Origin: Methanosuratincola petrocarbonis
GTDB lineage: Archaea; Thermoproteota; Methanomethylicia; Methanomethylicales; Methanomethylicaceae
Direction: 5' to 3'
Assembly: GCA_030522375.1 (NCBI GenBank)
Contig: CP130488.1
Coordinates: 442 to 64,441, forward strand
Length of the DNA stretch: 64,000 bases
The notes beneath the pieces are model-generated. The model did no database searches. It was not told the DNA's origin and saw only the letters and a list, made by a program, of their open reading frames with translations. Below, one piece after another: positions 47,093 through 57,168 of the stretch. The translations under genes were made by a program, and so were the position numbers. Each line of letters opens with the position of its first letter. Positions within the stretch are counted from its first letter, which is position 1.

Positions 47093-48130
47093 ATGGCGCA
47101 GCCCAAAGTCTCTGTACTGTGGGTCAACTACAACGGCATGCACATTCGGGACATCCTGCTGGAGTCCTTGCAAGCCATAGACAGTTTGAATTACGAAAAC
47201 TATGAGCTCATCGCAATCGACAACGGGTCCAATGACGGAAGCTACGTGCTTATACGCGACCAGTTCAAAAGGATGCGCTGCGAAAGGCGGTTGATCAGGC
47301 TCGACAGGAACCTAGGTTTCACGGGAGGGAACAATGTTGCCTACAGGGCACGATCGCCCGAAACAAAGTACGTCCTGCTCGTGAACAACGACGCCGTGGC
47401 TTACCCGGACAGCCTTCGCGAGATCGTAGAGAGGATGGACTTAGACAGCACGGTCGGAGCAGCCCAGGGCATCACGGTGGACTACTCCACAGGCGCCGTC
47501 GACACGGCGGGCGAGATGGTGGATGAGGTCTTGGAGGTCCATTCTCTTTTCAACGGCTGTCCGCCAGGATCCGTCAAGTCAGCTATCGAGATCACTTATA
47601 CCAATGGCGCCTTCGCAGTCTACCGCGTGTCGTCTGTACATGCGGCGCAGGGCGACCGACTATTCGACAATATCTTTGCATACTACGATGACAACCTCCT
47701 GGGGTTGAAACTATGGAACTGCGGCTTCAAGTCGGTCTCCTTCCCAGTCTTAGCCGCCAGGCACAGGAAGAGCTCCTCTTTCAGGAGATACAGCGAGGCA
47801 ATGATTTATTTGACGATAAGGAATTGCCTCTTTCTCAATGAGATAGCCAACAGCAGGTACCGCAAATTGAACCGGCTCTTCCCGCTGAAAATCATGCTGA
47901 AGCATATTGGTGGCAACCCTTCTGAGACTTTTTCCCTCTCTTTCAAGGCAGCAAGGGACGGCTTTTTAATGGGCAAGAAAACATTATCGGAGGAAGGCAT
48001 GGTGGACCTATACAAGGCGCCAATCGTGAGCCTTGAGCCCCCTCTGGCACTTTTGCGCCTCCTTCTTCCAGGAAGGTTCACAAGAGGGATCCTGGAAAGG
48101 AGAATAAAAGAAACAATCAATAGCTCATAA
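47093..48130 (+). CDS. Family 2 glycosyltransferase.
   Basis: The N-terminus VSVLWVNYNGMHIRDILLESL...LIAIDNGSNDGS matches the GT2 N-terminal fold, with a DxD-like YYDDN. Confidence 0.7.
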   Translation: MAQPKVSVLWVNYNGMHIRDILLESLQAIDSLNYENYELIAIDNGSNDGSYVLIRDQFKRMRCERRLIRLDRNLGFTGGNNVAYRARSPETKYVLLVNNDAVAYPDSLREIVERMDLDSTVGAAQGITVDYSTGAVDTAGEMVDEVLEVHSLFNGCPPGSVKSAIEITYTNGAFAVYRVSSVHAAQGDRLFDNIFAYYDDNLLGLKLWNCGFKSVSFPVLAARHRKSSSFRRYSEAMIYLTIRNCLFLNEIANSRYRKLNRLFPLKIMLKHIGGNPSETFSLSFKAARDGFLMGKKTLSEEGMVDLYKAPIVSLEPPLALLRLLLPGRFTRGILERRIKETINSS

Positions 48131-48191
48131 ATAACATGAATCCAAATTGTTTCAACCAAACTTAAAATATAAGTTTTACTAATTCTCTGCC

Positions 48192-50136
48192 ATGTTGAAT
48201 CCGCTTGCACGGTTTTTCCCTAGACTCTACGCTTACATCCCGATCTTTTCGAGCATAGGATTTTCAGGCGCAATTCTCTTATTGGCAAAAATCTCTCAGG
48301 CGGCCTCGATGGACTGGTACGCCCTTATCGCGATTGACTATCTTGTTTGGGTAACGGCTGCATTCTCTTTCATTTCAATATATCTTGACTACTCCCGTTT
48401 TTACAATGAATATGGATTCGGTTCGACGCTTTCTCTGAATGTAATCGCCCTTGCCTTGATAATTCTGGGCAGGTTTTCCTCAATCATCCACAGCATGATC
48501 TATACTGGTTTCAAAACCCCATTGATCGGCGGCTGCGCCGCAAGTGCCGAATCTGTTGCCCTGGCTTCCCCGGTCATTTTAGGTGGAATTCTAGCATTCG
48601 TGGTGACAATCGCCCATGCTCTGTTGAAGAAGCCTCTGGTGCTTGCTCACGGGCCAAGCTTTGGCTCGCTCCACGCCTCCATAAAGATTCTTTTTTCAAG
48701 AGCAATTGAATTTATTTCAAGTCATTACCTCGCATTCGCTTTTTTGACATGCTTCATCTTCAGGCTAATCCCAGAGTTGCGTTACCCAGATTTTCCAATC
48801 GGCTACGACACGGTTGAATACATAGCATACCTTCGGGACTATGCACTTTCGCTCAACCCATTCCAGACCTACAACGGAAGGAATGCCCCGCCACTCATGC
48901 CAATCCTCATGACGCCTTTCTTGGCGGCGACGGATCCATGGAACCTCATGAAGGCATGGGGCCCTCTGATGTGCGGTCTTTCTGGGCTTCTCTCGGCTCT
49001 GGTCGCCAGGCGGGTCTTCGGGTTGAGCCGGGGAGTTTCGCTTTTGGCTGGGCTCGTGGGGGGGTTGAACATTATTGCCATCGGCTCTACCCAACAATGG
49101 CACAGGCACATGCTCGGGGTGGTTTTCCTCCTCGCATACATCGCTTCAAATGCCGGCAGTTCGAACATATTCAGGCTTACAACGCTGTTTGGCATGGCGA
49201 TGGCTTACGAGCCCACTGCCGCCATATCGGTCGCCCTCTCGACCTATCATGCTGCCAAGTCCAAAAAAAGGCGTCCGGCTTGCATACATTGCCGTCCTAG
49301 CCCTCTCCTTAATCTTGCTGATCTGGTACATGCGTAGGCCAATCGTGACTAGCCCTATCACAGGCATAAGCGTTGCCGGGATCATTGATTCGGGCTTTCC
49401 CAACACAACAGTCGACCTGATGGTCTGGTGCTGTGTTTTCCTGCTCCCCCTCGCCCCTGCACTCCTGGTTCTCAAGCGAATGCCAGGCGGCTACAGGTTC
49501 TTGTTGCTCATACTCGCGTTGGCAGTAATCCAGCCAGCCCTGATGCCATACACATCGCTGCTCGAGCAGCACAGGTGGGCTTCGATGCTCGTATTCGCCC
49601 TAATCCCTGCCGCCACAGCTGGATACATCATGATCGATCGGAAGTTGCTGAGCGCCTTTTCGGTAGTCGCGCTGCTCATAGGCGCAGTCTATGTAGTCGT
49701 CCCGAATAGCAACTTTTACCTGTCGCCCCTCTCAGGAGCTTGGGAGTACCGATATCAGCAGGGATTTCCTTGGGAGCTAGAACCTGCCTTGAGCGCATAC
49801 GAATACCAGAACCTGAGGGAGATCTCTGCGAAGTTGCAGGAAATAGACGGACCAACTCTAATGTCGATCGGTGTTTACCCTTGGATTCACTTGGACATAC
49901 GCAATCCGAAAAACTTGTTCTGTTTGGGCTATGAGCCCTGCATAGACGATGTTGCAAGATATATGAATCGCAGCGGTGCCAGGAGTGTTTATGTAGTAAC
50001 CGGTGTTGACTTGGATAAAAACATGAAGAATATTCTTAGTCTGAACTTGACATATTCTGAGCTGATCGTGCAAATCAAGTTGGAAACCATTGTACACGGA
50101 TCTCGTGCTCTCTACCATGTATATCTGGAAGAGTGA
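48192..50136 (+). CDS. Large polytopic membrane protein with a C-terminal soluble domain, a GT-C-like glycosyltransferase candidate. It is split into ORFs 48192-49337 and 49075-50136 by a +1 frameshift in an A7 run (49263-49269).
   Basis: Removing one A gives the continuous reading ...STYHAAKSKKGVRLAYIAVLALSLILL.... It has more than 12 TM segments. No WWDYG oligosaccharyltransferase motif was found. Confidence 0.5.
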
Positions 50137-50775
50137 AAACATCAAATTTTTTAGCTATATTTTTAATTTTTCCATAAAAATTTTATACTTAAAAAAATTC
50201 ATTAAGTGCGCTGAATATAATCTTATGTCGATTAAGCAATTTCCCGTTATGTTACAGGTAGAATTTTCATCAAAAACATTCCATTAGCCATATTAATTCC
50301 AAGCTTGGCAGATCTTCAGGCTTATTCGAATCCCAATTTGTACTCCAAGACTCTGCGGCCATCTCGACTTTATCTTTAGCTCAGGCGCCGCAGGTTGCCC
50401 TTTTTTGTTCAGCCACTCTTTCTTGCTTGTGCTTCATTCTTTTCCAAACCAAGTTAAAATTATTAAATTAGTTAAATTTATTAACTAAATTATAATTAAA
50501 TATCCTGGCAGCGAGTTCCTTTCAGGAGGCTAGAAAATGGCTAATGGTCCAAATTTGCTGTTTGAGGGCAATTGCCTTCCTGAGGACGAGTGGTTCCCGC
50601 CCGAGTTGCTACATCGTTTCGGCTATCCTTTTTTGCCGATTCGCGAGTCGCAGTATGAGCCGTGGGGCTAGGGCCCGTGGGCTGAAGAGATCGATTACGA
50701 GTTGGGAGGGCTGATCGAGGATAGTGTTGACCGCAAAAGGGGCGATCCTCCGAAGACATCGACTATCGTGGGGCC

Positions 50776-51480
50776 GTGGAGGATCCGCTGGCCTACTATG
50801 TCCCATACCCGTCTGACGCCTCGAGCCGCAAAGGGTTTGGGATATATTTCAGGGTCAAAAAGATGCTCAGCGACTTCAAGCGGTTCCATTCCAAGCTCCC
50901 GAGGTTCATCCCGCCCGATTTCTCCTGGCGCGTCTATGTGACGACCGTGTTCTGGCACGAGATGGCGCACCATGTGGTCCAAGATGCCTGGCTGATCCAG
51001 GAAGGGAACAAGAGCCAGCGTTCCTCCTCCTCTCCTTCCTCTTCATCCCCTTCAGACTACTCCGGGTACACTCTCATGCCCCGCCAGGACGAGGAAGGGT
51101 TCTGCGAGTACATGGCGTTCACGGCGGTCGAGAGGAACTTGGGTCTGCCCCCGAAGGTAATTCGCAACATCCCGATGCGGCACATGCTTTACGCCAGGAT
51201 CTTCTACCCGCATCCAAGGCCGAAGATCCCCCTGCTCCCCGGGAGGTCGCCGATGAAGCCCGATTACTTCCGCATATACGCCCTCTGCGCCCTGTACGAT
51301 CACTGGGGGAGGGGCTCGGATCCCGTCTATCGCCCTTGCGTCACCAGGACCGCCTCGGGAGCCGTCGGCCCGCTGTGGAACCCGCTGTGGGAAGCCCACC
51401 AGCGCGGAGCCCCGGTTATAACATTGGGGCCGGGCGAAGGGGACCTCATCTGGGACAGGATCTTCGTGACAGAGCGTTGA
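50776..51480 (+). CDS. Hypothetical protein with an HExxH motif (WHEMAHH), a putative metallopeptidase-like protein. Upstream frames (50537-50775) look like decayed 5' sequence.
   Basis: The ORF is 234 aa and has a GTG start. The HEMAHH motif follows a hydrophobic stretch. The near-repeats EEIDYELGGLIED and EDIDYRGAVEDP occur in different frames upstream. Confidence 0.3.
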   Translation: MEDPLAYYVPYPSDASSRKGFGIYFRVKKMLSDFKRFHSKLPRFIPPDFSWRVYVTTVFWHEMAHHVVQDAWLIQEGNKSQRSSSSPSSSSPSDYSGYTLMPRQDEEGFCEYMAFTAVERNLGLPPKVIRNIPMRHMLYARIFYPHPRPKIPLLPGRSPMKPDYFRIYALCALYDHWGRGSDPVYRPCVTRTASGAVGPLWNPLWEAHQRGAPVITLGPGEGDLIWDRIFVTER

Positions 51481-51730
51481 TATCCCCCCATGGCCAGCGC
51501 CTCGCCCAGGCAAGGAGCGTCGAGGAGATCGTCTATATCGAGCCCGCTCATGATCCCATAAAGCGCATCTACCAAGTGATCAGGTCCCCCTCAGACATTC
51601 GACCACCTTGAGGGTGGGATGTTGGGGTCTATGGCGTGGTGGGGCAGAGAGGGGACGGTCTCGAGCCTGGGCGCGGCGTCCCGCATTCGAAGTTGGCTCA
51701 AATAAAAACTAATCAAATCCATATCATAAT

Positions 51731-51774
51731 TTTTAAAAACTGTGAATACTATATTTTTATTGCAGTTGATTGAT
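51731..51774 (+). promoter_or_regulatory. AT-rich promoter-like region (ttttaaaaa / tactatatttttattg) immediately upstream of the giant surface-protein gene.
   Basis: Local GC collapses here. The TATA-like element lies ~20-25 nt before the ATG at 51775, consistent with a leaderless archaeal mRNA. Confidence 0.3.
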
Positions 51775-54700
51775 ATGGATAATTTTTCTCGAAATCTTAG
51801 ACTTTTATGCATTGCTCTTCTTGTTATCGTCGCCTTGTCCGCTTCTTCCCCATCGCCTCTCAAGGCAGGCACCATAGTCGTGGAGGACTACGGGTATTGG
51901 GATGCGGATGGGGTCTACCATAGTTCCTCCACCCCGATCCAGTCCGCAATAAATTCGGCATCATCGGGGGATGTGATCCTGCTGGTGGGCGCCTCTTACA
52001 CAGAGAATGTTGAGGTCAACAAGACAGTCACCATCCGCGGGGCATCTTCCCATGTGATTAGCCCTGCCAACCCGAGCCTGCCCACCTTCAACATCTCTTC
52101 AGCCAACTCGATTCTGTACGATCTGTATGTGAATGGAGGTAGCGTCGCCTTCGCAGTGTGGGGCAACTCCATAACACTCACAAACAACACCGCCATAGGT
52201 GGCGACGTCGGCTTCTACGTGGCGCCTTTTAATACTGGCAACTGCACCCTCACCAACAACAGGGCTTTCAACTCCACCACTACGGGATACCAAGTGTGGA
52301 GCCCAAACAACACCCTCATAGGCAACAACGCCACCTGGTGCAACTACTCCTTCTCGGTCTACAACGACAACACCCTCATAGGCAACCTGGCTGATCAATG
52401 CGAGCACGGCTTCTTTATCTATCAAGGCAGCTCAACACTCACAAACAACACCGCCATAGGTGGCGACGTCGGCTTCTACGTGGCGCCTTTTAATACTGGC
52501 AACTGCACCCTCACCAACAACAGGGCTTTCAACTCCACCACTACGGGATACCAAGTGTGGAGCCCAAACAACACCCTCATAGGCAACAACGCCACCTGGT
52601 GCAACTACTCCTTCTCGGTCTACAACGACAACACCCTCATAGGCAACCTGGCTGATCAATGCGAGCACGGCTTCTTTATCTATCAAGGCAGCTCAACACT
52701 CACAAACAACACCGCCATAGGTGGCGACGTCGGCTTCTACGTGGCGCCTTTTAATACTGGCAACTGCACCCTCACCAACAACAGGGCTTTCAACTCCACA
52801 TACGCCGGCTACTATATCTCTAGCATAAACAACACCCTCAACTCAAATGAGGCTTCTTGGGGAGCGGGGGTCGGCTTCTTCCTGAACCAGTCGATTAACA
52901 ACACCGTCACTATGAATTATGCCTCAGGCAACTCGGGAGGAGGCGTCCGGCTGGAGAACTGCTCCGGCAACGCATTGACATGGAACGACTTTATAAATCC
53001 CCTCAACTCTTACGACGACTCCCTCAACCTGTGGGATTGGAACTACTTCAGCGACTACTCGGGCGTCGACAGGGACGGCGACGGGGCGGGCGACACCCCC
53101 TACAGCGTGCCTGGGGGCTCCAACCTTGATCTGCACCCGCGGATCCATGACAATGACCTCCCAACCGTCGACTCCGTCTTGCCTGCGAACGGGTCCTTCC
53201 ACCCTTACGTCAGCACGATCTCAGCCCAGTACTTTGATACGACCTCCAATGTCAACTTCTCGCTGTGCAGGCTCATCCTGGACAATGTGGATGTAACTCT
53301 GAACGCCTCGTTTGCCACCTACAGCATGTCATTCTCGGGCACCCTGGGTGAGGGCACCCACTCCGTAAGGATGTATCTCGAGGACTTTTATGGGAACGCG
53401 ATGTGGCACAACTGGTCATTTGGAGTCGACGCAACACCCCCCTCCATCCATCCCCTGTCCCCTACGAACGGCACTCTTGTCGCGGATAGCACCCCGGCAC
53501 TGTGTTTTTGCTACTCCGACAGCCTCTCAGGGATCTCCCCCCTGTCCGTAAGGCTGTTCCTCGACGGGGTCAATGTCACTTCTTCTGCGTCGATCAATGG
53601 CACCATCGCATGCTACCTGCCTTCATCCCCTCTAAGCGACGGGTCGCACAACGCCACGATCTCCGTTGCCGACGCCGTAGGCAATAACGCCTCCTCGATC
53701 GTCTTCTTCACCGTGGATGCCACTCCGCCTTCAATTTCCCTGATCTCGCCCACGAACTCCGCCTACCCATCAACCCCTCTCATCAACTCATCAGTTACGG
53801 ATGCCCTCTCCGGCGTCCACACGGTCCTCGCAGAGATCGACGGCTCCTACAACCTCACCCTCGCGCTAGCAGGGGGCTTCTACACCGCCCTTCTCGACCT
53901 GCCCGACGGCCACCACTACGTCCGCATCATAGCCAACGACACCGTAGGTAACACTGCGTCCAGCCCCTCGGTCCACTTCACCGTCGACACCACCCCGCCC
54001 TCGATTGCGATAGCCTACCCCCAGAACTTGACCTATGGTTGCTCGTCAATGAAAATAAATGCCTTGGTCTCGGACGCCTTAAGCCCAGTCCACACCGTCC
54101 TCGCAGAGATCGACGGCTCCTACAACCTCACCCTCGTCCTCGATGACGACTTTTATGTCTCTGCAGATGTCGAACTCGCTGACGGCGTGCACTGCGTCCG
54201 GGTGATCGCAAATGACACGCTTGGGAATGTCGACAGCACCACGCTGGTGTACTTCACTGTGGACACGACCCCTCCGTCAATTGATATCAATCACCCGATC
54301 CCCTCATCTCTGTACTATGGCTCAGCCGAAATGCTGATAAACGCCTCTGTCTCGGATGCCCTCTCCGGCGTCCACACGGTCCTCGCAGAGCTGAACGGGG
54401 CTCAGAATGTCACCCTGCTTCCGGAAGGCGCCTTCTTCGTCTCGAAAGTCACCCTCGCCGAGGGCAATTATACCCTGATGATCATAGCCAACGATACGGT
54501 GGGCAACACTGCCCAGGCTGATTATTGCGGCGTCTTCTACATAGACCTCACACCGCCTTCTATCGCTGTGGAGGCGCCTGCCAACGCCACCTACGCCTCA
54601 AATCAAATAACCATTAACGCCTCCGCATACGATCCTATCTCGGGCACCCATACCGTGATCGCCGAGGTCGACGGGTCGCATAACTACACGATGCTCGTGA

Positions 54701-56877
54701 GCAGCCCACACTACACCGCCCTTCTCGACCTGCCCGACGGCCACCACTACGTCCGCATCATAGCCAACGACACCGTAGGTAACACTGCGTCCAGCCCCTC
54801 GGTCCACTTCACCGTCGACACCACCCCGCCGTCTGTAACCATCAACGCCCCTTCAGACTCGGCTGTCTACGCAAGCAGCGAGGTGCTGATAAACGTCACA
54901 GCGACCGACAGCCTGTCCGCAATCCACGCCGTGGTCGCAGAGCTGAACGGTGATCAGAACGTCACCCTGCTTCCGGACGGTACTGCATTCGTAGGATCGT
55001 GCTCCCTTTCAGATGGAGCGCACGTCCTCCGCATTTACGCGAACGACACCGCCGGAAACACCGACTCCACCCAGTCCGTAAGCTTCGCAATAGACACTGC
55101 GCCACCCTCGGTCTCGATCATCTCTCCGGCAAGCGGCTCGTCCTACCCGTTCTTGCCAAAGATAGGTGTGGTGGCTGACGATGCCTTCTCCGGCGTCCAC
55201 ACCGTCCTCGCAGAGATCGACGGCTCCTACAACCTCACCCTCGCGCTAGCAGGGGGCTTCTACACCGGATCTATACCGCCTCCGCTCCCAGACGGCCACC
55301 ACTACGTCCGCGTGATAGCCAACGACACCGTAGGGAACACTGCTGTCGAGTCTTCTGCATTCTTGCTAGATGCCTCGCCACCAACGCTCACCGTCACTTC
55401 TCCCTCGCCCGCATCGTGCTCGGGGAATGGCTCAGTCACCATATCCGCAACATTCTCGGACGGGGTTTCTGCCGTGTCAGTTGCGAGCATCAGTCTGGAC
55501 GGGACCGAGCTGAGGCCCAGTGCGTCCGTCACGGCTACCGATCTATCAATAGAGGTCGCGCTGAGCGACGGCCAGCATGACCTGTCAATCACAGTCACGG
55601 ATGCGCTCGGGAACTCTGCGACCGCCTCTTTCCGATTCTGCGTCGACACCTGCCCTCCCGTCCTCGCGTCAACCTCGCTTGAAAACGGGACCTTCGTAAG
55701 AGACCAGAATGTCACCATCGACTTCGCGTTCCAGGACGCGGTCTCTGGGGTAGACGGATCGACCGCCTCCGCCTCGATCGACGGCTATCCGGCGGCTCTG
55801 GTCGTAGAGGGAACGCCAGGGGGCGCCAACCTCTCCTTGTCTGCCCTCCTCGATGAAGGCGAGCATCTGATCGAGGTTTCCGTCGCCGACGCTGCCGGGA
55901 ACCGCGCCACCGCCGCCCTAAGGATAACCGTCGACCTATCCCCGCCCCAAGTGGTCGCCCTACAGCCCGAAGCAGGGACGGTTGTCAGCGGGTTCTCTGT
56001 GATATCGGCTGAGTTCATTGATGACCATGGGGTTGACCCGCGCTCGGTGAGGGTTTTTGTAGATGGACTGGACTTGACGACCTTCTGTTTTGCATCCCCG
56101 TCTGGGTTCAGCCTCAACACGGTGCTTCCAGATGGGGAGCACCGTGTGCGAGTGGCGGCAGGCGACCTGGCTGGCAATATCGTATACGAAGAATGGTCCT
56201 TCACTATAGATGCCACGCCCCCCTACGTCTCCATTCTCTCCCCCTTGAACAACACTGCCACCAACAACACCCCCCTGATCTCCTTCTCATTCCACGACAG
56301 CGTTTCCGGAATCAACGCCTCATCTGCATCCCTCTTCCTCGACGGCGCTGATCTGACCCAATACGCCAACATCTCGAGCTCCGCGATCTCGTACGCGCCA
56401 TCCCTGCCACTCTCAGAAGGTATGCATCAAGTGCTCTTCGAGATCAGCGACCTCGCTGGAAACACCAAATCTGTCATGGTCGTTTTTGCAGTGGACACTA
56501 TCCCGCCAGCCCACCCCACCTCCGCCTTGTCAAACTACTCGGCTGTATCGGCTGGCCATTTCCAGTTCACTGCCTCGCTGCCAGGGGAGGCAACCCCGGT
56601 GAATCTCTCCCTGTATGTCGATGGCGTTGACTGCACGCCGAGCGCAGTAGTGGAAGGCGATCGGATCATCTGTACCATCGATCTGACCGAGGGTATCCAC
56701 AGTATTACGCTTGAAGTGGAGGACGCAGCTGGCAATGCCGCCTCCTCGACCTGGATCGTCAATGCAGTATCCCCGACATTCGGATCGGGTCTTGGTCAGC
56801 TCGCTATAGCCGCTGCTGTCGTGGTAGCTGCCGCAATGGGGGCGGTCGCATTGCTGCGGCTGAGGCACAAGAAATAG
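51775..56877 (+). CDS. Giant secreted surface (S-layer or adhesin-like) glycoprotein. It has a signal peptide, NosD-like parallel beta-helix repeats, ~14 Ig-like VDxTPPS modules and a C-terminal TM anchor with a basic tail.
   Basis: The N-terminus is MDNFSRNLRLLCIALLVIVALSASSPSPLKA. PbH1-type repeats read NNTAIGGDVGFYVAPFNTGNCTLTNN. Modules of ~95 aa are each bounded by F(T)VDTTPPS. The C-terminus is LAIAAAVVVAAAMGAVALLRLRHKK. N-x-S/T sequons occur at ~5 per 87-aa repeat. Confidence 0.8.
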   Translation: MDNFSRNLRLLCIALLVIVALSASSPSPLKAGTIVVEDYGYWDADGVYHSSSTPIQSAINSASSGDVILLVGASYTENVEVNKTVTIRGASSHVISPANPSLPTFNISSANSILYDLYVNGGSVAFAVWGNSITLTNNTAIGGDVGFYVAPFNTGNCTLTNNRAFNSTTTGYQVWSPNNTLIGNNATWCNYSFSVYNDNTLIGNLADQCEHGFFIYQGSSTLTNNTAIGGDVGFYVAPFNTGNCTLTNNRAFNSTTTGYQVWSPNNTLIGNNATWCNYSFSVYNDNTLIGNLADQCEHGFFIYQGSSTLTNNTAIGGDVGFYVAPFNTGNCTLTNNRAFNSTYAGYYISSINNTLNSNEASWGAGVGFFLNQSINNTVTMNYASGNSGGGVRLENCSGNALTWNDFINPLNSYDDSLNLWDWNYFSDYSGVDRDGDGAGDTPYSVPGGSNLDLHPRIHDNDLPTVDSVLPANGSFHPYVSTISAQYFDTTSNVNFSLCRLILDNVDVTLNASFATYSMSFSGTLGEGTHSVRMYLEDFYGNAMWHNWSFGVDATPPSIHPLSPTNGTLVADSTPALCFCYSDSLSGISPLSVRLFLDGVNVTSSASINGTIACYLPSSPLSDGSHNATISVADAVGNNASSIVFFTVDATPPSISLISPTNSAYPSTPLINSSVTDALSGVHTVLAEIDGSYNLTLALAGGFYTALLDLPDGHHYVRIIANDTVGNTASSPSVHFTVDTTPPSIAIAYPQNLTYGCSSMKINALVSDALSPVHTVLAEIDGSYNLTLVLDDDFYVSADVELADGVHCVRVIANDTLGNVDSTTLVYFTVDTTPPSIDINHPIPSSLYYGSAEMLINASVSDALSGVHTVLAELNGAQNVTLLPEGAFFVSKVTLAEGNYTLMIIANDTVGNTAQADYCGVFYIDLTPPSIAVEAPANATYASNQITINASAYDPISGTHTVIAEVDGSHNYTMLVSSPHYTALLDLPDGHHYVRIIANDTVGNTASSPSVHFTVDTTPPSVTINAPSDSAVYASSEVLINVTATDSLSAIHAVVAELNGDQNVTLLPDGTAFVGSCSLSDGAHVLRIYANDTAGNTDSTQSVSFAIDTAPPSVSIISPASGSSYPFLPKIGVVADDAFSGVHTVLAEIDGSYNLTLALAGGFYTGSIPPPLPDGHHYVRVIANDTVGNTAVESSAFLLDASPPTLTVTSPSPASCSGNGSVTISATFSDGVSAVSVASISLDGTELRPSASVTATDLSIEVALSDGQHDLSITVTDALGNSATASFRFCVDTCPPVLASTSLENGTFVRDQNVTIDFAFQDAVSGVDGSTASASIDGYPAALVVEGTPGGANLSLSALLDEGEHLIEVSVADAAGNRATAALRITVDLSPPQVVALQPEAGTVVSGFSVISAEFIDDHGVDPRSVRVFVDGLDLTTFCFASPSGFSLNTVLPDGEHRVRVAAGDLAGNIVYEEWSFTIDATPPYVSILSPLNNTATNNTPLISFSFHDSVSGINASSASLFLDGADLTQYANISSSAISYAPSLPLSEGMHQVLFEISDLAGNTKSVMVVFAVDTIPPAHPTSALSNYSAVSAGHFQFTASLPGEATPVNLSLYVDGVDCTPSAVVEGDRIICTIDLTEGIHSITLEVEDAAGNAASSTWIVNAVSPTFGSGLGQLAIAAAVVVAAAMGAVALLRLRHKK
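52180..52800 (+). repeat. Perfect tandem 261-bp (87-aa) repeat inside the surface-protein gene: two identical copies and a partial third.
   Basis: Segments 52180-52440 and 52441-52701 are identical by eye. The third copy begins at 52702 and diverges at ~52800. Antisense track ORFs 52099-52425 and 52432-52686 translate identically. Confidence 0.9.
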
Positions 56878-57168
56878 CCCCCCTTTTTTCCGTCCGGGAG
56901 CGAGCCCTCCGGCAAGAAGCCTGCTGGGGGCGCTCCCCATCGCCTTCCGGTTCCAGGTTGCCGTGCCGAGCGCTCACGCGCCTCCTTTTAAACTGCCTGG
57001 CGTCCCATTCATGCATCCTGTAAGTGTGCTTCGCCTCTCAGGCCCACCGGGGATAGGGTGCAAGGCTCCGCGATTTGCTTGAGCCCCCGCAAGGGATCCT
57101 CCCTCAATTCTGCCCTCCTCCTTCTGGACCGGCGCCTGCTTTAAGAGACCCTCTCGTTCATTGTCCTT

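Noticed and set aside
46750-47205. A 151-aa ORF spanning the rmlB-GT2 intergenic gap, and a 76-aa ORF at 62417-62647.
   Set aside because: Both have basic, low-complexity translations with no motifs. The first overlaps the start of the GT2 gene. Both are more likely untranslated regulatory DNA.
50300-50340. The sequence ttcgaatccc, a T-loop-like motif that could indicate a tRNA or tRNA fragment used as an integration site.
   Set aside because: The flanking bases cannot form T-stem or acceptor-stem pairing. No cloverleaf can be drawn by eye.
52099-52686. Two identical antisense ORFs inside the surface-protein gene, and two near-identical antisense ORFs in the GT4 pair (39602-39835, 40705-40944).
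   Set aside because: They are mirror images of the sense-strand duplications and not independent genes. They were useful only as confirmation of nucleotide identity of the repeats.
52180-52800. Regular direct repeats that could suggest a CRISPR array.
   Set aside because: The repeat unit is 261 bp with no spacer structure and lies within a continuous coding frame. No cas genes or short repeat-spacer arrays are present anywhere in the window.
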